From: Octopus sinensis
Taxonomy: Eukaryota
Assembly: GCF_006345805.1 (NCBI RefSeq)
Contig: NC_042998.1
Span: forward strand, 132,060,001 to 132,124,000
Direction of reading: 5' to 3'
Length of the DNA stretch: 64,000 nt
The notes under the pieces were generated by a model, which saw nothing but the letters and a program-made list of their open reading frames with translations, ran no database searches and was not told the origin of the DNA. Both the position numbers and the translations under genes were made by a program. Below are positions 25,301-38,576 of the stretch, piece after piece (the first letter of the stretch is position 1; each line of letters begins with the position of its first letter).

Positions 25301-25502
25301 ACTTTTTCACATCCCGAGGTTTAACCTAATACATCTGTTTGTTGTCTACACCACCTGTCTTCGTCTTTTGCTTTTTGGTGATATATATATATATAATATA
25401 TATAATATATATATATATACATACATATATATCCAACCTGTATGTATGTATATATATATATATTATATATATGTATGTATATAATATATATATATATATA
25501 AT

Positions 25503-25775
25503 ATATATAAAATTATTATCAGAAGTTATATCTATGTACAGCATTAAGGAATTATTAATATTATTAATTTTATCAATATAATTATATAATAATTATTAAA
25601 TTTATTTTTATTTTTATTATTCTTATTTGTATTATTTATTATTATTTTATTCTTATTTATATTTTTTTATCATTTTTATTATTATTTTTATAATATCTAT
25701 TATTTTTGTATCGATTAATCTTTCCTTGTTTGTTTTGCAAAATAGTGGTTTTGTCTCTATAATATTATATATATC
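25503..25775 (-). mobile_element. Inverted partial copy of the PLE at 27372-28406
   Basis: Reverse complement of 27372-27640. Confidence 0.85.
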
Positions 25776-25845
25776 TATATATAATATATATAATTATATT
25801 ATATATATATATATTATATATATATATATATAAATACATACATAT

Positions 25846-26142
25846 GGAGGCGCAATGACTCAGTGGTTAGGGCAGCGACTCGCGGTCGTAGGATCGCGGT
25901 TTCGATTCCCAGACCGGGCGTTTGTGAGTATTTATTGAGCGAAAACCTAAAGCCCACGCGCGGCTCCGTCAGGGTTTGGTGGCGATCCCTGCTGTACTCT
26001 TTCGCCACAGCTTTCTCTCACTCTTTCTTCTGTTGGCCTGCTCGCTTAGCCAGCGGGGTGGCGTCATTTGAAGGCTAAAACAATGCGAAGCGCATTGTGA
26101 CCAGCGATGTGTAGCAACATCTGATAGCCTGGTCGGTCACGT
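25846..26142 (+). mobile_element. tRNA-derived SINE
   Basis: A-box-like TCAGTGGTTAGG and B-box-like GTTTCGATTCC. The head is shared with 51275-51530. Confidence 0.75.
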
Positions 26143-26901
26143 GATATATATACATACATACATATTAACATACACACACACACACACAGATTTATCCATG
26201 CACGGAGTCATAATATTACACAGTCTGGAGCATATAGACACTCGCCGACAAAAACTCACTGATACACGTACACACACACACATACACGCACACTCGCGCA
26301 CAAACATGCACGCACATTCATACATATACGCCGAGCGCCACACCAAGAATTCTTGACACACTTGAAATAAGCCAAGCCTTAAACACAAGGCTGTAAAGAC
26401 GCGCCATCATGGAAGATGCACATTCGTCTTCCTCCACCACCGTATCCACCATCGCCACCAATATACTCATCATCCCCAGCTCCTCATGACTACTTCCTTT
26501 TCATTGCTATTTTCTGCAACTACAGCTTTGTTAATCTCTACTACAATTGCTGCCACCACCACCACCACCGCAACCACTACCTCTACTACAACATTCACTC
26601 ATGCAGCTACTATAGCATCTCAATAGATTTAACACCCTTACCTCTCTTTCATACACACTCTCTCTCCCCCTCTCTCTCTTTGTCACTCACTTTATCTATT
26701 TGTCTGTCTGTCTGTCTTAATCTCGCATCAGAGTATGACTTCTGGTTCCGGTTTCAAAAGCCAGAAATGTAGTGTCAAGGTACCTTCATCTAGCTAAGAC
26801 TTTCTCATTTCCTCTCTTACGACATATCTCTCTTTTACTCTCTCTCTTCCCTCCTTTTTCCTCACCTCTCTCTCTCTCTTCTTTCTTTCTCTCTCTCCCT
26901 C

Positions 26902-26932
<31 letters not shown>

Positions 26933-27285
26933 TATTTTGCATATATATATATCAGAGTGGTCTCGTTCCACTCGTAGTTATTTGAAATTAATAATGCCAC
27001 ACTATATCCATTCACGAATATTCTATATATATTTGTCAAGTCAATTAAAATTTGCAGGAAGGGTTAACTATGCTCCACCAATGAGGGCAAATACCACCAA
27101 AATGTATCCGGAATAATGGAGATTTTACGAAAGATCAAATTCATTATAGCATTCCATATATAATAGTACTTAAAATCTCGATGTCATATTCTGCGTTTTT
27201 ACCAGAATCGTTTGCTTCATATATATATATATATATGAAGTAATGTGTATGTATCTATGTATGTGTATGTATGTGTGTATATATA

Positions 27286-27363
<78 letters not shown>

Positions 27364-27371
27364 CTATATAT

Positions 27372-28406
27372 ATATATTATTATTAGAGACAAAACCACTA
27401 TTTTGCAAAACAAACAAGGAAGACTTAATCAATACAAAAATAATAGATATTATAAAAATAATAATAAATGATAAAAATATAAATAAGAATAAAAATAATA
27501 ATAATAATAATATACAAATAAGAATAATAAAAATAAAAATAAATTAATAATTATTATAATAATTATATTGATAAAATTAATAATATTAATAATTCCTTAA
27601 ATGCTGTACATAGATATAATTCTGATAATAATTTTAATAAATAAAGAATTATAAAATATATTTATAATGATGATAATAATAATAAGGTTAATAAGAATAA
27701 ATTTGGTTAATATTTCCTTATGGAGATCAAGTAAAAACGAATATTATTAAAGAGATTTAGATGTTATAGAACTATTTATTAGAGATAATCGTAAATATAG
27801 AAACATTTTCTCTATTAATAATTTTGGAGTAGGTTATTCTACCACTAATAATGTAGGTAACATTATTTCTTCATTTAATAAATATAAACTGAATAATTTT
27901 TATAAAAAGAAATTATTTGATAATAATATTAATAATGATAAGACTTATATTAATTGTACATGTAGAGATAAATCTAATTGTATATTAAATAATAATTGTG
28001 ATATTAACGATGTAGTGTATAAATGTATAGTTACATTACATGATAATAACTTTAAGAATAATAATTACCCAAAAGCGGTTTATATAGGTTCTACTTCCTC
28101 AAAAATAAAATTAAGAATCGCACAACATATGAATTCTTTTAAAAATAAAAACTTAATCAACTTAACTGGACTTAGTAAGTACATTTGGAGTCTAAAATCA
28201 CTAAATATATAATTATACTTTAATTTGGGAAATAATTTGTAAACTAAATCATATACTATAGGAGCTAATGTTGTTATTTATGCTCTAATGAGTTTAAAGA
28301 AATTTTATTTTATAAGTATGATAATTTACTTAATACTGGTGAAGAGCGCAAAATAAAATGCAGACATAAGTTACTTTACCTATATAATAAGTTTCATGAT
28401 AAATAG
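27372..28406 (+). mobile_element. Penelope-like element 3' region: linker plus GIY-YIG endonuclease, frameshifted
   Basis: Frame 1 from 27781 reads ..FGVGYSTTNNVGNIISSFN..NCTCRDKSNCILNNNCDINDVVYKCIV..VYIGSTSSKIKLRIAQHMNSFKN..TGLSKYIWSLK, followed by CYLCSNE..LLN..KCRHK, the typical PLE Cys linker, GIY-YIG and C-terminus. Confidence 0.85.
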
Positions 28407-29274
28407 CATTAATAGTTTCCTATTAAGATTACTTTAGCTTAGTTTAATTTAGTTTAGATAATTATATTTATTTGGTTATGTAGTCTAGGTTTAATTATAG
28501 TTAGTCTTTATTGATATTTCTTTGTTTTAATTAGTTCATTTTTAATGTATATTATATAACAGTTTATGGTACGTTAAAACTTTAATAATTTATATTAGAA
28601 TTTTTTATTTTCTTTAATTATATATTTTCTTATTTTTATTTTATTTTATTTTATTATGTATTTTTATTATGCATTTCTTATATGTATATTGGAGGATATT
28701 TTATATGGATGATGGGTGTTATTTAGTGGTGTTATATTGAGTTTTGTATGTATGTGTGAATGTTTACGATCCCTTTGTTTTTTATTTGGTATGTTGAATT
28801 GACAGATTTTATTTGGGTATTGTCTGTTATAATAAAGTTTATATAGATATTGGGTGATTGTCCGTGAATATGTAGGTATAGGTGTATGTATGTGTGCATG
28901 TGTACAAATGTAAGGTAGATGCGGGAGTGTATGAGTGCTATGTAATTGAGTGGGATTATTTATGCACTTGTATATATGAATGTTATAAAGTGCGTGTTGT
29001 TGCACCTGTCTGCGCGTGTACAGACTTTTAATATATTAATTTTTATTTACTTTTTTGAAAGACTGTTTCTTATATATATGAGTATGTGATGTTATGTGTG
29101 AATGTATTTTTATATATATATATTGTTGTTTTTTTTTTTTTTTTTTATATACATATACATATACATACATATTTTTTTTATATTTTTTTATATTGGTGCA
29201 TATGTCGAGGTTTGTAAGTATGTATATGGTTTTTGGTGTATATATCGAGGTATATACGTATGTATAGGTTTGTG

Positions 29275-31498
29275 TGAGTGAGGTGGGTATTTGTATTTGT
29301 GGGTGTGTGGTTTATGTGTGTGTATTTGTGTTTGAATGTATAGGTTAGGGGGATTGATATATAGGTTTGTTATAGAGTTTAGTAAAGGGAGGTTTCATCA
29401 GTATATGTATTTATGAGTTTTAGTTTATCTTGGTAGTTTTAATAAATAATTTGTAGTAATTTATGTCTATTTTTGATGTTTTTTATTTTATTACATTTTC
29501 CATTCTTATTTTAAGTAATGTTAGTTACCACCTGGTTATAATTTTTAATTCCATTTATTCCATTCATAATTTTAATGACGTTTGTTTCCATAGTGCTACG
29601 TATGAGCCTCATATATGCACCGGTGATTCGCTCCACATCCGTGCGGATGGGTGAGAGTATGCATTAGTTTAGTGATGGGGCTCCCTTTGCTATGCACGTT
29701 GTACCTGTGTGGTAGTCTCCATGTGTACATTCGCGCACGGGTATACGTGCGGGGGGCATACGCGCACGGCATGTGCGTGTACCCCCTCACATGTACATGT
29801 GCATGCTTGTTGGGCTCGATATGTGCAACGGTGGTTTCGCGCCCGCATTCATGCGGATGGGTGAATTGCACAATTAAGATACGCACACGTGTGTGTGTGC
29901 GTTTTTTGGTTGTGGTAGTTTGTTATCTGGGTGTGAGTGGGTGTGAGCGTATTGTTGTGGATGTCGAGTTTGATACGTATGTATATGGGTGTGTTTGGGG
30001 GTTGTAAGTATGTGTTGTGTGTGTGTGTTTTGCGTATGTGTGTTTGTGTGTGGATGTATATATGGGGATTGCTATGTGGGTGTAATTGCGTATGGAGGGG
30101 GGAGTTTTGTCATTGTATGGGTGTGGGTTTCATTTGTCATGGTGGTTTGTTGGTGATTCTTGGTATGTTCTGTATATTTGGGTTAGTTATGTATTGTTCT
30201 TGTGTGTGTAATTGTATACATGTATGATTGGTGTGAGTGGGATTGCGCCATTTTTGGGGATGTATGTGTTTATTTGTCCGTGTGGGTGGGAGTGGTTTTT
30301 TGGTGTATGTTGAGGTTTATATGTAATTTTAGGTATGTGTGAATGAGGTGGGTATTTGTATTTGTTATGGGTGTGTGTTTTACGTGTGTGTATCTGTGTG
30401 TGAATGTATAGGTTAAAGTGATTGTTATATAGGTATGTTATAGAGTTTAGTAAAGGGAGGTTTTATCATTTATGTTTTTATGAGTTTTAATTATCATGGT
30501 AATTTGATTAAAGAATTCGTAGTAATTTATGTCCTTTTTATGATATTACATTATTCATTCATAATTTTTAAGTAATGTTTGTTTACCGAGTGAATATAAT
30601 TTTTAATTCCATTTATTCTATTTCTCCATTCATAATTTTAAATGACGTTTGCTTCCATAGCGCGTATTCTTTTTATACATATGTTAGGTTCCTATGGTAA
30701 CGTAATTTTGGTTTGACGTTTTTTACGGCTTAGAATTTAATTTCACTTCATATTTGAAACTGACTTGAAAGTATGTATATTATTTCTCCTTATGTCATAT
30801 TGTTATTTTGATATTCTGGTTACTTACGATGTATTTTATATATCGTATTAGGTGTAATAATGTTGTTTTTCTTTGGAGTGTTTATGTATGTGGGATTGTG
30901 TGTGAGTGTATGCGTATTTTAGTTGTATAATTATTTATCTGTATGAGTGTGGGTGTGTTAATATTGTTGTATATATCGAGTTTAGTGAGTATGTATGTAT
31001 ATGGTGTGTGTTTTACGTATGTATATTTGTGTGTGAATGTGTTTATGGGTTTGCTATATAGGTTTGGGGATGTATGTGTTTATTTATGTGTTTATTTATC
31101 TGTGTGGGGTTGAGTGGTTTTTGGAGTATATTTGAGGTTTATATGTATGTATAGGTATGTGTGAGTGAGGTGGGTATTGTATATGTCGTGGGTGTGTGTT
31201 TTACGTGTGTGTATTTTTTGTGCGTGAATGTTTAGGTTAGGGGGATTGCTATATAGGTATGTTATAGAGTTTAGTAAAGGGAGATTTTATCATTATATGT
31301 TTTTATGAGTTTTAGTTTATCATGGTAGTTTATTAAAGAATTCGTAGTATTTATGTCTATTTACGATGTCTGTTATTTTATTACATTATTTCATTCATAA
31401 TTTTTAAGTAATGTTCGTTTTACCAAGTGAATATAATTTTTAATTCCATTTATTCCATTTCTCCATTCATAATTTTAAATGATGTTCGTTTTCTAGAG
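29275..31498. repeat. Three dispersed direct repeats (~320-340 bp) in a C-poor region
   Basis: Copies at approx 29275-29592, 30343-30660 and 31163-31498 share TTATAGAGTTTAGTAAAGGGAG and TAATTCCATTTATTC. Confidence 0.8.
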
Positions 31499-31870
31499 CG
31501 GGAATGTGGGTTGTATGTGTATGTGAGGGAGTATGAATAAGTATTGTGTTGAAGTATTTGCTATTTTATTTATTTATCGTTGCCTAGACGTTTTTATGTG
31601 TATGTATAGGGATATATATATAGGTGTGTGATTTAGTGTATGTATTTAGATATGGTTATATATTAGTTATATGTGTATGGGTGTATATATAGTTTATTTT
31701 TTGTTTTGTTTGATATTTAATTGTTAATAGGTTTATTTTAGTTTATATATTGATTATATATGGATTATATATAGGTTATATATAGATTATATATTTATAT
31801 TCATTAATACTTTAATTATTTAAAAATTATTATTTTTATTTTTAAAATATTGATATTTTAGATTGGAAGT

Positions 31871-31913
31871 CCACCTGAAGATTGTCGATCAGGACAAGAA
31901 ACAATTGTAGTGG
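31871..31913 (+). ncRNA. Type I hammerhead ribozyme motif (canonical core)
   Basis: CCAC CTGAAGA TTGTC-GATCAG-GACAA GAA ACAATTGT A GTGG: all three helices pair perfectly, helix III is palindromic, GUA site. Confidence 0.8.
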
Positions 31914-32115
31914 CGTTTTTTTTGACTTTTATTAAAATTATTGTATTGATTAAGTCTTTCCTTGTTTGTTTTGCAAAATAGTGGTTTTGTCTCTAATAAT
32001 ATTATATAATATTTTACTATAAAATTGGATTTAATCCTAAATCTGATTTTTTTCCTGTAAATTTGGATTATTCCCTAATATTTATTATTAATTATATATA
32101 TATTATATATATATA

Positions 32116-32159
<44 letters not shown>

Positions 32160-32292
32160 GTTATATATATATATATCTATATATATAATATATATATATA
32201 CTTAAAATTTATAGAAAAACAAAAGACGAAGACAAGGTGTATGAACAACAAGCAAGTGTATTAGTTTGATGCTCGGGAAAAATGAAAAAAGT

Positions 32293-32327
32293 CTTTACGT
32301 TTCGAACCTACGCTCTTCAACAGAAAG
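32293..32327 (-). ncRNA. Hammerhead-like motif, U6 variant (family B pLTR)
   Basis: Minus strand reads CTTT CTGTTGA A GAGC-GTAG-GTTC GAA ACGT A AAG, with a G-U wobble retained in helix II. Confidence 0.5.
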
Positions 32328-32530
32328 GAATAAGAGAAAATAAACAGACAGAATGAAAAAAAGCCTGTAGATTTCAGCCTATTTTTTTAATGCAGATAAT
32401 GCTAAAGCTCTGCAGTCTTTTATTTTATTTCACTACTGCCAATTTTTCTCTAGCGAAGGATTCTTTCCGAAACGTCGGATTTTACTTTCCTTTGACAAGT
32501 TCCTCTTCTCTTGTCGTCAATTTTATTACA

Positions 32531-32620
<90 letters not shown>

Positions 32621-32667
32621 TATCTATATATATATATATCCATCTATCTATCTACCTCATATATATA

Positions 32668-32711
<44 letters not shown>

Positions 32712-32771
32712 GGAGATGTACTCGCATAGCAAGTAATTTGATCTGAGATCGTGTGCTGAAACGAAAACAAT

Positions 32772-33041
32772 TGCAGCGTGGAAGGTGTTTATAAGCCATT
32801 TAAGAAACACACAAAAGCGTTCGATTCACTTCAACATTTAAGTTTAATTTGTCAAAATATTTTCGTCGCTAAAATCCGCGACCTGTTCACTGACAAAGTC
32901 CGTGTAGCACGGACTTTGTCAGTGAACTGGTCGCGGATTTTAGCGACGAAAATATTTTGACAAATTAAACTTAAATGTTGAAGTGAATCGAACGGCTTTT
33001 GTGTGTTTCTTAAATGGCTTATAAACACCTTCCACGCTGCA
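32772..33041. repeat. Near-perfect palindrome, ~133-bp arms with a 3-nt spacer
   Basis: Arms 32772-32904 and 32908-33041; one substitution and one indel noticed. Confidence 0.95.
32848..32897 (-). ncRNA. Hammerhead ribozyme motif, G3-C8 core variant
   Basis: Minus strand reads TTTGTCA GTGAACA G GTCGC-GGATTTTA-GCGAC GAA AATATT T TGACAAA: 7-bp helix I, 5-bp helix II, palindromic helix III. The mirror copy at 32915-32964 (+) has A9U. Confidence 0.65.
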
Positions 33042-33053
33042 TTTGTATATATA

Positions 33054-33091
<38 letters not shown>

Positions 33092-33136
33092 TATATAGAT
33101 ATATTATATATATATATTATATGAGATAGATAGATG

Positions 33137-33249
<113 letters not shown>

Positions 33250-35365
33250 CACTAGCCCACACGATTTTTGTGCCAAGAACTAAGACACGTTTTCTTAGCT
33301 AATTTGATGGTGTTGATTCCGAAAAATGAACTTAGTTTTGCATGGGTAGCTACCATTTTGCTGTACTGAAATTGCTCATTTTGGGGAAAAAAAATTAATT
33401 TACGATCTTGGCTGATCGCAAAATTGAGTTAACATAGAAAGTAGAAACCCATGAATTTTCAGTTAGGCCAAGCAGTTTATGTCAGCCACCTGAAATAAAC
33501 TATTTTTATAAAATAGAAGTACCGAAATTTTTCAATTTATTGCCAAAATTCAAATTAACTGATAAACTTTATCAGTAATACACTTTTGTAAACCTGATAA
33601 TTAAGGTGACATAAAAAAAATGAAACCCTAAAAATCTTCTGTTTGATATTCATGAATTTATCCCATCACTTTTATCCCTTCAATACGGAAGGAAACCAAG
33701 CATATTAAGAGCTTCTGTTTTCACAGTTGGGAAAAAACTCCAACTAAAGACATTCCAATTGAATGCACCTATTCCATTGTACATAATGACATCATGAAAA
33801 TGGTTTCACCACAACATCTGCCCTCCACGCGGGATTACGAAGATACGAAGTAGAATCAGCATAACGACTCTTTCCGTCTTTTGTTATTGACAGTTTTACG
33901 AGTCTTTCCGTAGGACATTAGGAAAGCTCAAATTACCTAAATGTGAACACGCAAAGTGTAAATGTTCAACCAACTTATGTTCTTTTTTAATCACAGAGAT
34001 AGATATCGAATGACATGGCTTGAACGAGAGGATGCAAAAAGGAACCCATCTTATTTTACTATACATGCGACGAGTTCACACCGAAACCCAACAGGAAACC
34101 GATATCTGACTTTTACAAGAAAACCTGTAGTGTTTACTTTCACGTCGAGCTTGGTGATCAGGACACATTGTTTGCAAGACATGTTTGGAATACATGAGAA
34201 AGTGGACTGTCTCATGTGTTCCAAACATGTCTTTAGGTACCCGAAAATCGCTGAGATTCGCTATTCCTATGATCTGGCGTGAACCAAAGAACCACTCTGA
34301 CGAATGTTACTTCTGCTCAGTCAGTGTTGCGGGACTGAACCAAAAGAAAAGCAGATCTATTGACTATCCCAGTCTTCATTCCACTATTCGACCAGTGCCA
34401 CATTCAAATGATTTGCCAATCCCAGCTTTTCATGAAAATTTGTTGAAACTTGTTGAAAGTCATGAGTTTGATACTGATGTAAATGAGAGACACAGCGAAA
34501 ACCATCCTGACTATGTTCCCGAAACCGTGCCTGAGCCGTTTCACCAGAATGAGCTGAATGATTCGGTTCGAGACTTAAATCTGAGTAAAGAATCAGCAGA
34601 ACTTTTGGCCCCTAGGCTCAACGAAAAACAGCTGTTAGCAAAAAACACAAAGGTAACATTCTATCGGAATAGAGATGCTGAATTTGTACCATTCTTTAAT
34701 GAGAACATGGATCTTATTCATTGTAATGACGTTGAGAGCATTCTTCTTCGACTAGGCTTCCACAGATACGATCCTGATTAATAGAGATTGTTTCTTGATA
34801 GTTCAAAACTTAGATTGAAATGTGTTTTGCTCCATATAACCAACATGTATGCGCAAATACCTATAGGTCATTCAACAACAATGAAAGAAAAACATAATGC
34901 CATCAAACAGGTTATGGAACAGATTGACTACACCAAATATAAATGGTGTTATGTGTCGATTTGAATATGGTAAATTTACTGCTTGGTCAACAAAGTGGCT
35001 ACACAAAATTCCCATGTTTTTTGTGTATGTGGGACAGTAGAGCAAAAGAAAAGCACTAGAAAAGGCAAGATTGGCCACCTCGAGAGTTGAAGGTCAATGA
35101 AAAGAACGTTATTAGTGCAGTGCTAGTTCCGAAAGAAAAAATAATCTTCTCACCCATGCATATCAAATCGGGATTAATGAAACCGTATGTAAAATCACTC
35201 GACAAAGAAAGTAAATGGTTTGAATATATATGTAAATCGTTTCCAGGACTTAGCACCGAAAAACACAAAGCAGGAGTGTTTGATGGTCCTGATATCAGGA
35301 AACTCATTAAGGATGATGAATTTATTAATTCAGTAAACGACTTGGAATTACGTGCTTGGACATTT
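33250..35365 (+). mobile_element. Chapaev3-like (CMC superfamily) DNA transposon, 3'-truncated, transposase pseudogene
   Basis: Starts CACTAG. Motifs LGDQD, PMIWREPKNHSDECYFC, RLFLDSSK, GQQSGYTKFPCFLCMWDSR, HIKSGLMK and KAGVFDGPDIRKL are present across stops and frameshifts. No right TIR found. Confidence 0.8.
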
Positions 35366-36508
35366 TCAAAATTTTATTTCTCGCTATCCCCACCGCAATG
35401 TCTTAATTTGTAACTTTTTTTTTGTTGTTATCTACGTAGAAAAATACAGATTACGAATCTGGGAAATATATGTAAATATATATATTTTATAGTTTAATTT
35501 TTCTTAAAGAAAAATTCAATGCCCCTTCTCCCACCTCGCCCATCCATCACCTACCAGCTTTCAAAAAGCTAATTTCTCCCAATTTTTCACTTTTGTCTTG
35601 TGTTTCCCGCATGCGTAGAATTCTACTGAAACGTAGACTTAAAAAATACCAGACCACCACCAGAAAACCCGACATGCTAGAAACAACAGCTAGCCGACAT
35701 TATTTCTGAAGAAATTCCTCTGCTTTCCAAAAAGCTAAAAGTGAAACATTGGGAGTGTGTAGCTTTTTGAAAGTGGTGAGGTGATGAGTAAAATTCTTAA
35801 AGGAACGTACTCTCTGTTTTTTTTTCTCCATGGATTACCAAGAATAAAAATTTGAAAAAAGTGAAAAATAATTTTGGTGTGGAGAGAGACAAAATGAAAA
35901 TACTGAGAACGTGTTTTGTGGGTGAAATCCTAAACTCCTGTATTGCAAACATAGGAATCTGAAGAAATTTAGAGAAAAAATAAGGGACGGGGGAAGGAAA
36001 TGATAGAAAGAAGAGGTAAAGGAAAGGATTTCTAGGAAAACTTCCTTTTAAGTTTATATCGAGGATCAGGTTTTTAAATTACGCTCATCACAAATACAAA
36101 TTACAAAATAGAAAAAGATCATTTCAGTTGGGTTTGTGCTGTAAATTTGCACGTGCACACTGCAAGAATTAACATAATTCGCACAGAAATTTTACCTAGA
36201 GTGTGTGTGTATGCATGTGTATGTGTGGAAGGAAGTTATTTTATGGCATTCTTTCATTTGAAGAAGCGAAGTTGTCAACTCGACATATAAGGGATCATAT
36301 AAGTGTTTGTTAACTTCCATAAAATTGGGTTAATTTCAGTATACTTTGAAGAGAACAGAAATTAAAAGCGGGAATAAGTGAGAGGAGAAAGTGCAAGATG
36401 TACGTGTATATGAAATTAACGTGTGTGTGTGTGAGAGAGAGATAGAGTGAGTGAAGGTGTGTGTTGTGATGTATAAAATGTTTTGCATGTATGTGCAAGT
36501 GGCACTCA

Positions 36509-36546
<38 letters not shown>

Positions 36547-37012
36547 TACACACACACACATCTTTCATATACACGTACATGACTAGGCAGAGGTAAAGAA
36601 TACGCACACCACCCGTAATCAGCGTAACCCTAACCGTAAACACCGGGAGTGGGTAATCTTGACCTTCGCCCATAAATACATATACATACATCTTTTTTGT
36701 GCGTGAGAGAGAGGCTGTATTTCTTCATAACATATAGAAAAATTGATGTTTTTTTAATGCAGTTTTTTTTTTTTTTTTTGGTTGTAGCTTATTTACAATA
36801 TTTATGTGTACATTTTCTGAAATATTTCTCTCAGTAGAATTCTACGAATGTGTGAAACATCGGACGAAATTGATACATTAGAAGCGAATCAAAATATTGT
36901 CCGAAATTACACACACACACGCATACTAACACACGTACATTAACGCATACGTGAAGCCTATCTCTGTCCCTGTGTGTGTCAGTCTCTATCTTTAGACTTG
37001 TGTGTGTGTGTG

Positions 37013-37120
37013 TATGTGCATGCGTGTGTGTACGTGCATGCGTGTGTGTACGTGCATGCGTGTGTGTACGTGCATGCGTGTGTGTACGTGCATGCGTGTG
37101 TGTACGTGCATGCGTGTGTG
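37013..37120. repeat. 18-bp minisatellite (TACGTGCATGCGTGTGTG)n
   Basis: About six near-perfect units of alternating purine-pyrimidine sequence. Confidence 0.9.
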
Positions 37121-38451
37121 TGTGTGTGTCAGTCGTCACAAAAATGTATGTATACTGACAGACAGAAACACCGCCACAAACATACTTGCCAGTCATCGGA
37201 CTAAAGTACGTTAACGAACACGCGAACACATATAGAAAATGTGACATCATCGTCGTTAAGGTGGTGGTGGTAAAAGATGTCGTTTACAATAGTTGATTAA
37301 AAGAAAAATGATAATCTTAAATTTTTGTAATGCAAATAAGTGAATGAAAATAGAGTTTAATTGGTAGCCAAAAGCTTTCTGAATCTTTTGATACTCCATA
37401 CGTCGAAAACGGCAATTCGGTTTTAGAATGCATAATGAACATACGCACACACACACACATACAAACTCTCTTTACAAGAATTTTCGGACTGATGAATCTG
37501 ATTCGGATGAAGTTAGGTTACAGTATATGTGAGTGCACTTTATCCGTCTCCCGGTTTAAAATCACAATGATAGCGTTCAAGTGCATTTAACTGAATCCAT
37601 TCTATTGCAGATATTCTGACCACACCTCTAGCTAACCACGAGTGGTTTCGTCACTCATTCCTCCAACCAAATTTGTTTCGGTAGTGCTCCTGAGATTATG
37701 GGCGCTGCTTTACCAGTAAACTCTAATACATCAAATAAAAACTAAATTTTCATAGAAAACAGGTCCTGTTGATGAAAGTGTGAGAAGAAGAAGAAGAAGA
37801 AGAAGAAGAAGAAGAAGAAGATGAAGATGAAGAAGAAGGAGGAGGAGGAGGAGATGAAGAAGAAGAAGAAGAAGAAGAAGAAGAAGAAGAAGAAGAAGAA
37901 GAAGAAGAAGAAGAAGAAGAAGAAGCAGATGAAGAAGAAGGAGGAGGAGGAGATGAAGAAGAAGAAAGATGAGGAGAAGATGAAGAGATGAGATGAGAAG
38001 ATGAGAAGTAGAATCTGAACTATGCGGCGGGCACAAAATATTAAAAAGATACGAAAACGAAAGTGTACATTACAGACGTGTGTGTGTGTGTGTGCGTGCG
38101 CGCGTGTATGCACGTATGCATGTATTTGCGCGTGTATGTGCATAGATACACTCACACACACTCACAAAACAACAGTTGCAGAATCAGCAACAGTAACTTC
38201 CCTTCCAGCCCATCTGTCTGCTATTATTTGGCACGTTATAATATCGATATTTGCTGACTAAAGGAGAAATACTTCCATCTTACATCTTAACCAATTTTCT
38301 TTTTCCTTTTCTTTTTTTTTTCTTTTCTTTTTTTTTGTTTACTTCTCCTTTGTTCTTTCATTTTGTTTCTCTCTCCTCTGCATTTCTGTATAGATCTTCC
38401 TATCCTTTTCTCCCCCCGCCCCCTGTAGTTCTCTCCCTTTCTGTCTATCTT

Positions 38452-38528
<77 letters not shown>

Positions 38529-38538
38529 TTATCTATCA

Positions 38539-38576
<38 letters not shown>

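Noticed and set aside
32447-32479. CTAGCGA A GGA-TTCTT-TCC GAAACGTC GGA
   Set aside because: It has the right topology but the core is scrambled (TAG for TGA). At most a dead copy, so it was not counted.
37488-37520. CTGATGA ATCTG-ATT-CGGAT GAA GTT
   Set aside because: No A15.1-U16.1 helix III and no helix I. Likely chance.
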